Shown here in pieces: positions 23,439-35,400 of a stretch of DNA of 64,000 bases; positions within the stretch are counted from its first letter, which is position 1, and each line of letters opens with the position of its first letter. Source of the DNA: Pecten maximus (lineage: Eukaryota); assembly GCF_902652985.1 (NCBI RefSeq), contig NC_047022.1:27404001-27468000 (forward strand). Reading direction: 5' to 3'. Both the position numbers and the translations under genes were made by a program. The notes under the pieces are model-generated. The model did not search any database. It worked only from the letters and a program-made list of their open reading frames with translations, and was not told the DNA's origin.

Positions 23439-26400
23439 CTGCAATGTAGAAAAAGTACATCATTGTAGGAGAGGTCAGCGATGTCGGAATGGTAAGAAGT
23501 TTTACACTTATCTTTAAAAAAGATAAACGGCATAGTTTTAATGCTAGTGATTATAATGTAAATCTGCTGTTGAAATAAATTAACGAACTAATACATTTCA
23601 GCACGGTTAACAAAATTATATCGGTTTAAATCATATTTGATGATAATAAGACTGCATTTGAATAAGGAATATAATTTTATTAATGTGTCATTTGAAAAGA
23701 TACACCCACTTATTCAGCTTGCATTTAATCGTAACTTTGTTTCGTTTTTAACTGCACATTTACATTTTGCATCTACCGCTACATTGACCAATCACATACT
23801 TCATCTTGACCAGTAACGCCACCTGTCGCGTAATACCCGGGGCCAAAAGAATATGATACGGCTATGCCGAAAAACCCAACAGAAATATGCGATTGTTTGT
23901 GATTATCCGTTTGCTCCACATTGCCACTATATAACCAATGAGCGCGGGTTATTCGATTTGTCTGCCATCCTGTGAACCATATAGGATCCGAAGTTTATTG
24001 CGTATATAAATATTATTGATATATATATATGTTATTTACGATTTACGAGTTGATATAATCTCAGATAGGAAAACGTTTGAATACGATTCTTCATATCACA
24101 GGGGAAAAAATAAAACAATTTTTCGATGACTAATTACCCTATACGTCACATATCGCTGTCAGTTGGAAACATTATCTTAGGAACATAATGGTGATATTCG
24201 CCTGACGTTTGGAGGGGAACAAAGTCGATAATACTTTCATTCATATTTTGTTCATGCCTCGAATGATTTTAAAAAGAAGTTTAAGTTTTAAAATCCTCTT
24301 ATTTAAAAAAGACGTCCATGTTAAAATCACAAATGGGGTGCACTACAAATCAACACTATCAAACAATTAAACACGTGAGTATCTAAAAGTTTATTATTAT
24401 CCCTATTATACAGCAAAACATAGCAGGTAAACTTACATTTTTTGTTATGTTCTGATTTGTTAAGCTTTAATGTGGGAGACGATTTTTAGTCAATCGGATA
24501 TGTCTCAGACAGGGGGCAGAACGAACTATTCCTCGAAGTGGTGATTGTTCAACTAAAAAACCAAACGTGAGGCTTTGCCAAGAGAGATATTAACAAGAAA
24601 TATATTCGGTAAGAAAGGAAAATATAAGATCCCATTCAGTCCCCTCTTACGATCATACAAGGATGGAAGGAGGTACGATTCTTACGTCCTTACTGCCAGG
24701 CATGGTCAAGTGGGGTAGGCAGTCTGTAGAGGGATTTTGACAGAAGTCAACAACAACAATCTAACTTTCAAACAAATAATTAAACATATAGTACCTTTGC
24801 AAACACTGGTAGTCAGCACTCTGAGAATGGAGTCCAGCTCGGAGAAATCATCAACCATGTAATAGTTATCCGCGGCAATGTCTTCCAGCTGGTCTGACCC
24901 GACTTTCTTCCCAACTCCTGCAAAAAAAGTACCCTGACAATGAAGGTGCTGTGGTAACGTAGTAAGCTAGATAGTCGGACATAGCTTCACTTACTTTTAA
25001 TACTCAGATAATCACGGACTCGGGTGTAAATAATGCATAACCCTCAGACATTTTACTAATGCGTTTTAAAACCAACGAAGTAATAAGTAAACAATTAAAA
25101 AAATGAAATATCTCAGAGATTTTCCCTTCCTATATTTAACTCCTTTATATATTCTTAGATTAAAACAGACACACTACAACTATTTACCTATTGCAAACAT
25201 ATGTATTCCTTTTTTCTTTCGCTTCAGCTGCCATCCTCGTGTGTCTTGGTTATTCCCTGTGGATATCCGCCGGTGATTACAATCCCTATCCTCGGAACAT
25301 CTTTTCGTTCAAGTGAATCCGAGAAAATCTGATTAGTCATCATTTGTATGGCAAGGTCAGTATTCCTTTGTCCTGATGTGAATCGGACATTTGAGAGACC
25401 CTGTTCGACTTCCGCTGGTTTCGTGTACGAATCGAGATTGAACTCAATCTTTGGTGCATCAGCGAACGTTATGAGACCAACGCGGGTGTTGTCAGAACCA
25501 ATGTCAAAATTACTGACAACTTTGTCGATGAAATCGATGAGTTCATCGAAGTTCGATTGCCCGATATCGGCAGATGAGTCCAGGATAAAGGCAACATCTG
25601 CGACCTGCTGCCTGCAAACTGACATAAAATAATGTCAAATTAAAACGTAATATGTATGTTTCTACAGCCATATACAAAATAAACTTTCCCTTTGTTACTA
25701 TGAGACATGAGACATGGGAAAATATATATCACTGACTGTACGTATATCACTGACTTCGTATATCATTGACTGTACGTATATCACTGTATGTATATCACTG
25801 ACTGTACGTATATCACTGACTGTACGTATATCACTAACTGTACATATATCACTGACTGTACGTACATCGCTGACTGTACGTATATCACTAACGGTACGTA
25901 TATCACTGACTGTACGTATATCACTGACTGTACGTATATTACTGACTTCGTATATCATTGACTGTACGTATATCACTGTACGTATATCACTGACTGTACG
26001 TATATCACTAACTGTACGTATATCATTGACTACGTATATCACTGACTGTACGTATATCACTGACTACGTATATCACTGACTGTACGTATATCACTGATCA
26101 CGTATATCACAGACCACGTATATCACTAACTGTACGTATATCACTGACTGTACGTATATCACTGACTACGTATATCACTGACTGTACGTATATCACTGAC
26201 CACGTATATCACAGACCACGTATATCACTAACTGTACGTATATCACTGACTGTACGTATATCACTGACTGTACGTATATCACTGACTATGTATATCACTG
26301 ACTCTACGTATATCGCTGACTGTACGTATATCACTGACTGTACGTATATCACTGACTGTACGTATATCACTGACTGTACGTATATCACTAACTGTACGTA

Positions 26401-29400
26401 TATCATTGACTGTACGTATATCACTGACTGTACGTATATCACTGACTGTACGTATATCACTAACTGTACGTATATCACTGACTGTACGTATATTACTGAC
26501 TGTACGTATATCACTAACTGTACGTATATCACTGACCACGTATATCACTGACCACGTATATCACTGACTACGTATATCACTGACTGTACGTATATCATTG
26601 ACTGTACGTATATCACTGACTGTACGTATATCACTGACTGTACGTATATCATTGACTGTACGTATATCACTGACTGTACGTATATCATTGACTGTACGTA
26701 TATCATTGACTGTACGTATATCACTGACTGTACGTATATCACTGACTGTACGTATATCACTGACTGTACGTATATCATTGACTGTACGTATATCGCTGAC
26801 TGTACGTATATCACTGTACGTATATCACTGACTGTACGTATATCACTGAATGTACGTATATCACTGACTGTACGTATATCACTGACTGTACGTATATCAT
26901 TGACTGTACGTATATCACTGTACGTATATCACTGACTGTACGTATATCACTAACTGTACGTATATTACTGACTGTACGTATATCACTAACTGTACGTATA
27001 TCACTGACTACGTATATCACTGACTGTACGTATATCACTGACTACGTATATCACTGACTGTACGTATATCACTGACCACGTATATCACAGACCACGTATA
27101 TCACTAACTGTACGTATATCACTGACTTCGTATATCACTGACTGTACGTATATCACTGTATGTATATCACTGACTGTACGTATATCACTAACTGTACGTA
27201 TATCACTGACTACGTATATCACTGACTGTACGTATATCACTGACTACGTATATCACTGACTGTACGTATATCACTAACTGTACGTATATCACTAACTGTA
27301 CGTATATCACTGACTGTACGTATATCACTGACTGTACGTATATCACTAACTGTACGTATATCACTGACTGTACGTATATCACTAACTGTACGTATATCAC
27401 TAACTGTACGTATATCACTGACTGTCCGTATATCACTAACTGTACGTACAAATAAATGTATATCACTGACCACGTATATCACTGACCACGTATATCACTG
27501 ACTACGTATATCACTGACTGTACGTATATCACTGACTGTACGTATATCACTGACTGTACGTATATCACTAACTGTACGTATATCACTAACTGTACGTATA
27601 TCACTGACTGTACGTATATCACTGACTGTACGTATATCACTAACTGTACGTATATCACTGACTGTACGTATATCACTAACTGTACGTATATCACTGACTA
27701 CGTATATCACTGACTGTACGTATATCACTAACTGTACGTATATCACTAACTGTACGTATATCACTGACTGTACGTATATCACTGACTGTACGTATATCAC
27801 TGACTGTACGTATATCACTAACTGTACGTATATCACTGACCACGTATATCACTGACCACGTATATCACTGACTACGTATATCACTGACTGTACGTATATC
27901 ACTGACTGTACGTATATCACTGACTGTACGTATATCACTGACTGTACGTATATCACTGACTGTACGTATATCACTAACTGTACGTATATCACTGACTGTA
28001 CGTATATCACTGACTGTACGTATATCACTAACTGTACGTATATCACTGACTGTACGTATATCACTAACTGTACGTATATCACTGTACGTATATCACTGAC
28101 TATGTATATCACTGACTGTACGTATATCACTGACTGTACGTATATCACTGACTGTACGTATATCACTAACTGTACGTATATCACTGACTGTACGTATATC
28201 ACTGACTGTACGTATATCACTAACTGTACGTATATCACTGACCACGTATATCACTGACTACGTATATCACTGACTGTACGTATATCACTGTACGTATATC
28301 ACTGTACGTATATCACTGACTGTACGTATATCACTGACTGTACGTATATCACTGACCACGTATATCACTGACTACGTATATCACTGACTGTACGTATATC
28401 ATTGACTACGTATATCACTAACTGTACGTATATCACTGACTACGTATATCACTGACTGTACGTATATCACTGACTGTACGTATATCACTGACTGTTCGTA
28501 TATCACTGACTGTACGTATATCACTGACTACGTATATCACTGACTGTACGTATATCACTGACTGTACGTATATCACTGACTACGTATATCACTGACTGTA
28601 CGTATATCATTGACTGTACGTATATCACTGACTGTACGTATATTACTGACTTCGTATATCATTGACTGTACGTATATCACTGTACGTATATCACTGACTG
28701 TACGTATATCACTGACTGTGCGTATATCACTGACTGTGCGTATATCACTGACTGTACGTATATCACTGACTGTACGTATATCACTGACTACGTATATCAC
28801 TGGCTGTACGTATATCATTGACTGTACGTATATCACTGACTGTACGTATATTACTGACTTCGTATATCATTGACTGTACGTATATCACTGTACGTATATC
28901 ACTGACTGTACGTATATCACTGACTGTGCGTATATCACTGACTGTGCGTATATCACTGACTGTACGTATATCACTGACTGTACGTATATCACTGACCACG
29001 TATATCACTGACTGTACGTATATCACTAACTGTACGTATATCACTAACTGTACGTATATCACTAACTGTACGTATATCACTAACTGTACGTATATCACTG
29101 ACTGTACGTATATCACTGACTGTACGTATATCACTGACTACGTATATCACCGACTGTACGTATATCACTAACTGTACGTATATCGCTGACTGTACGTATA
29201 TCACTGACTGTACGTATATCACTAACTGTACGTATATCACTGACTATGTATATCACTGACTGTACGTATATCACTGACTATGTATAGCACTGACTGTACG
29301 TATATCACTAACTGTACGTATATCACTAACTGTACGTATATCACTGACTGTACGTATATCACTAACTGTACGTATATCACTAGCTGTACGTATATCACTA

Positions 29401-32400
29401 ACTGTACGTATATCACTGACTTCGTATATCACTAGCTGTACGTATATCAGTGACTGTACGTATATCACTGACTGTACGTATATCACTGACTGTACGTATA
29501 TCACTAACTGTACGTATATCACTAGCTGTACGTATATCACTGACTGTACGTATATCACTGACTTCGTATATCACTAGCTGTACGTATATCAGTGACTGTA
29601 CGTATATCACTGACTGTACGTATATCACTGACTGTACGTATATCACTGACTGTACGTATATCACTGACTTCGTATATCACTAACTGTACGTATATCAGTG
29701 ACTGTACGTATATCACTGACTGTACGTATATCACTAGCTGTACGTATATCACTAACTGTACGTACATCACTAACTGTACGTATATCAGTGACTGTACGTA
29801 TATCACTGACTGTACGTATATCACTGTACGTATATCACTAACTGTACGTATATCACTGACTGTACGTATATCACTAACTGTACGTATATCACTGACTGTA
29901 CGTATATCACTAACTGTACGTATATCATTGACTGTACGTATATCACTGACTGTACGTATAGCACTGACTACGTATATCACTAACTGTACGTATATCACTG
30001 ACTGTACGTATATCATTGACTGTACGTATATCACTGACTGTACGTATATCACTGTACGTATATCACTGACTGTACGTATATCATTAACTGTATGTATATC
30101 ACTGACTGTACGTATATCACTGACTGTACGTATATCACTAACTGTACGTATACCACTGACTGTACGTATATCACTGACTGTACGAATATCACTGGCTGTA
30201 CGTATATCATTGACTGTACGTATATCACTGACTATTCGTATATCACTAACTGTACGTATATCACTAACTGTATGTATATCACTTACTGTACGTATATCAC
30301 TGACTGTACGTATATCACTATATCACCGATAGTATGTTACGTATATCGACAATAATACCTAAAAGCTAAAATCTCCACAACAACTTTTGGGAGCTTAACA
30401 GTGTTGCCATTTCCCCCCTCTGGTATTGTTTTCTTATACAGCAGTTTTTCCAAGGGCACTAGCTGTTGCTATGGCATTAGCTGTTTCTAGGGCATTAGCT
30501 GTTGCTTGAACTAGTACACACGCCATAATGTACATTTATGTCTAAACTTCGCTTTAAAAAGACTATGATTTCCGTTCCTTTCTGCGACCTAATAGGTCTC
30601 GAAATGTGAAAAGTATACACAACTATGTGTATACCCGGTGAATTGTAGATTAGCCTCTGTAGTCGATGGAGACGCTAAAACGATTATATATATATCCTTT
30701 TCCATGACAACAATACATCTACACTTCATCTCGATTTCCTCATTACATTTTTCAATTCTAGAACTACTCTAGACAACGCGAACCTTCGGCGCATCCGTCC
30801 AGATTAAGTGTCACGGGTGCTGTCAACTGGCTGAGACATAGGGTCTACTGCGTTCAGCTTGACGTTAGGCTGTTGAGCTTACAGGAAGGACTAGCTTGCG
30901 GATTATTAGTATAATGTGACTTGGTGGAGAGGGGTGTAAAATGAGCCCTACAAACATTAACTCCTTCTGAGGTTACACATATCATTTGTAGATATTTTGA
31001 TTTCGTGAATTTTGAAACGAATTTTGTTTGTTACTACGTCTGAAAGTTACAATAAGTAATTCAAAACATCTTAGATTATTGTTCAAAGTGAAAGAACTAG
31101 CATCATAATAATAAGATTTAAATATCAATAGAGAGTTTGATAAAGTAATATGTATCAAATTCAATGCATCACGCTCTTCTCCTTATGTCCTATGGAACAC
31201 AGGAACAGACATTTTAGTAGTAGAACTAAGGAAGCTGAAGTTGCATCACACATCTGCCTTGTCATTCTAGGTATCCTCAGTCTAATGACTAATGTCAAAT
31301 GTCCCGTGTTTCAGGGAATATAAGATATTTAGAACATAAAATTAAGAGTTAACTATTAATATGTGGTCATACTTACTTTCCTCCATGCTTTCCGTTGGTT
31401 TTTCTGCATTAGAAAAAACAAGGATTATAAATCATAGATACATGTAACTATGATAAGTCGAATACCAAAGGGTGCATTTGCAACGGAAATTCAATTAGAA
31501 CATGTGATCCGTACAAATTTATATCAAATTAACTAAACAAAAGAAACGCCTAACAATGCATCATCACATTAGATATAAGCCATCATACTGAAGGGAACTG
31601 CCGTGTTATCTTCCAATACCTACTTTTAGTTTGAATATTGATTATGGAGTTTGGGAATAACGGAGGAACAAAAGTATTATTTTAAAAAGAAAATGAAAGA
31701 GAGGCACACACTGGAAGAACAATCTGCCATATGGAATGCTGATTATGTTCCTAGACGATAGATATTTTATTTAGAACATGAAGAGGTGACTTAAGCAGAG
31801 CAAATGAGCTAATGAAGTCTCCTCTTTTCTTAATTGTACAAGTTAATACTGGAACCAAACAGTCACCTAAAACACGCCTCACTAGTGGGATATAAACCTG
31901 ACATTTTAGAGTGATAATTTTGTTTTTAGAATATCAGTTTACTGCTCACCTTTACAGACCCTGTAGGCTAAAAGTCTCTTGATTGTTTCAAGAGCATCAA
32001 GAGTGTCAACAGTGAAGACGAATTCTGAACTCGGGTCGGATGCCAGGATGTCGAGCTCGGGTCTATACACGGCTCCGACACCTACAATGTATTAACTGTA
32101 TAACTCATGTTATGACCTTTGGATCAGCATTGCTAGTAATAAAAATGATTTATTGTTTTAATGATGACACACTTTTTACGTGGGGAAGCCAAGAAGCAAT
32201 GTCTTACCAATATTTATCAAAGAGAATACATAGGGAATACAATGATAGCGTCGTACAGGCATACATAATAAAACTCTAACCGATAGCAAACATGTAAATC
32301 CCCTTGCTAATAACTTGAGCTGCTTGTTTACGAGTCTTGTATGGGTCGGTAGAGTTCCCGTCCGTGACGATTATCCCAACCTGTGCCACGCCTTTCCGAG

Positions 32401-35400
32401 CTCCATTTCTGACTGTGAAACCTTCATCCAGGAGCAGTGTGAGAGCCTTGTCGGTGTAGGTGTTTCCTCCATTCCATTTTGTCTTGTTTACGGCGGTTTT
32501 AACCTGAAATTATTTTTTAATTAGAAGATAAAGAAGTATACCTTTCCACTAATTATATTCATGACCATTGTGCGCAGGGTCGAATCAATTTAACATTCTC
32601 TATATCTTTAAACTTTTATTCCAAAACTGATAAATAACCATTGAATTATGACCACCAAACTTTGCGTTTAAGCATAAGTAATAACGACGTACTTAAAGAT
32701 TGCTCCATTTTTGTTCCCCGTTGTTATCTTTTGTTCTTCTGGATTGTCTAAATAGCTAAAGTTGTGAAATAACTCGAAGTAATGAAATGAAAATATATTT
32801 CCCCGATTCATTGTTTGTCCAACTTTCAAAATATAGTATTTTCTCGATCTGACACATCGAGTATGCGTACAGTATAAGATGGTTAGCTATTAAATCTGAG
32901 ATAAAGTTGTTGCTTTTATTTGTTACTTATACTGTGAGTTACTTTGCAAACATTTGATTTAACGCAAAGCTCATAAGAAGAACGGGAACGAAAATGAGCG
33001 TAATTACGTGATAACTTCCATATACTTAAAAAAAAAAAAAACGCTCCTTTTTATACAGCAAAATAGTACAGGAAGGTTCAATGTTCAAACTTTGAAAAAA
33101 AAACTAAGCCCCACCCCCACCCCCCTCCCAAAAGAAAAAAAAACATCGATTAATATCAATAAAAATATGGTAATTTATTTAACAAAAGAGGCAAGTTTTA
33201 TTTGAATGGCTGAAACTGGACACTACAAAACTAACCGACCCACTCGTACTTCCTTAACACTTTTCATGCGAGATAACCTCTACAACTGTGATATATTACC
33301 CCACCGTCATCCTTAATTGTGGACCGGTTTACCTCTACAACTGTGATATATTACCCTACCTCATCCTTAATTGTGGACCGGTTTACCTGTACAACTGTGA
33401 TATATTACCCCACCTCATCCTTAATTGAGGGCCGGTTTACCTGTACAACTGTGATATATTACCCCCACCTCATCCTTAATTGTGGACCGGTTTACCTGTA
33501 CAACTGTGATATATTACCCCTACCTCATCCTTAATTGAGGGCCGGTTTACCTATACAACTGTGATATATTACCCCTACCTCATCCTTAATTGTGGACCGG
33601 TTTACCTGTACAACTGTGATATATTACCCTACCTCATCCTTAATTGTGGACCGGTTTACCTGTACAACTGTGATATATTACCCCACCTCATCCTTAATTG
33701 TGGACCGGTTTACCTGTACAACCGTGATATATTACCCTACCTCATCCTTAATTGAGGGCCGGTTTACCTGTACAACTGTGATATATTACCCCCACCTTAT
33801 CCTTAATTCAGGGCCGGTTTACCTGTACAACTGTGATATATTACCCTACCTCATCCTTAATTGAGGGCCGGTTTACCTGTACAACTGTGATATATTACCC
33901 CCACCTCATCCTTAATTCAGGGCCGGTTTACCTGTACAACTGTGATATATTACCCCACCTCATCCTTAATTGAGGGCCGGTTTACCTGTACAACTGTGAT
34001 ATATTACCCTACCTCATCCTTAGTGGTGAAATCGTCGAGTTTGAAGCGCATGGAGGCATTGCTACTGAAGGTTATGAGCCCAACATGGGTGAGATCGTCT
34101 CCTACGTCTAGATAATCGACGACCTGCTTTACGAAGGACAGTTCTAACTGGAAGTTCTTGGGTGTATGGATGCTACTTGACTCGTCAAGTATGAAGAAAA
34201 TGTCGGCTGGCTTACCCTGACATACTGTTGAAAAATTGTGTAACGAATAATCAGATATACTAAAATGTATATAGATGTACTTAAGATTCTAGCATAATTG
34301 AATCAGTATAAATAAGTGACATAATTATTACATTATTGAATACTTTAATATAGTGTGCATAGTCACGAGTGCAAGCTTATGTTTATCACGAAATTCGTAT
34401 TTATGAGAATATAAATAAAAATTCTTTAGAATAATTAATACAGGCGAATTTCGGACAGTATGCTTTTCTCTTAAGAAAAAATCGTGCGACGTCAGATAGT
34501 TATCGTGATGTCACGAATAATCTATGACGTCAGGGTAGTGCTTTACACGTGTGTCTTACAAGATTGATGATTGATGAGTCCATCATATGTTAGATATGTG
34601 GGATAAGGAAATTCTACCCTCGGGAGAATTTCACTATCCCGAAGACCTACCATATGATGGACTATTTTTCTCACACCTTTTTAGTAAAATAGATGGAGAA
34701 ATCGATCCAATATGGCAAAACTATAAAACCATTTATATATTTGGAAAGATAACAAAACGATATCGTATCTTCTGTTGAACATGAAACATAAGATGAATGT
34801 CAAAATGTCAAGTTAACAACAAATATAAATTAATGTTTGTCAGAGGCGATCAGCTTTCCGGAAACGGCCGACTGATTTTGGACAGCACGCCATATTCCTC
34901 CATATATGCTTTCTTGCACAACGAAAACATATCTAGTCTTCCGCTGTAAAAAAGAAATTCTCGACAAAATGTAACAATATGACTGAATGTATTCAGTTTA
35001 AAAAGATCAATGTTCAGGTCTTAGGTTGGAATGTTTTCAATGTTTCTTAACCCACTGTGCCTTGAAAATAGGAATTCCTTCAGCAACATCATGTACGATA
35101 GAGTTTTTCTCCTTCACAACTGGCCTCTGAAACTGTTGAGCCATCTTGATACACTAATCTGTTTACATATGTCAAGCAGACGACTGTAAGAGTTACCCCC
35201 CTTCTTACATAAAAATCAGTCCCGGACCTTAGGTCACTCGGTGCGCCTATGTGGAATATCGCTATCAAACATAGGTATTCCACATGGGACTAAAAGAATC
35301 TTACATGGGTCTGTTCCGTGGACAGGGATATCTCAACCCGAGTGCAAGAGTTTGGCCGCGTGCTGGCCAGCTGAACTCTTACACGAGGGTTGAGATATCA

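Noticed and set aside
23197-23463. Charged ORF as the Myb/SANT partner gene of the neighbouring Harbinger fragment
   Set aside because: It splices in phase to vWA-B exon 11 and shares ETLIDIL with the last exon of paralogue A.
25698-30355. Many VIYVQS/SDIRTV/TVRISL ORFs
   Set aside because: Translations of the 18-bp satellite in several frames.
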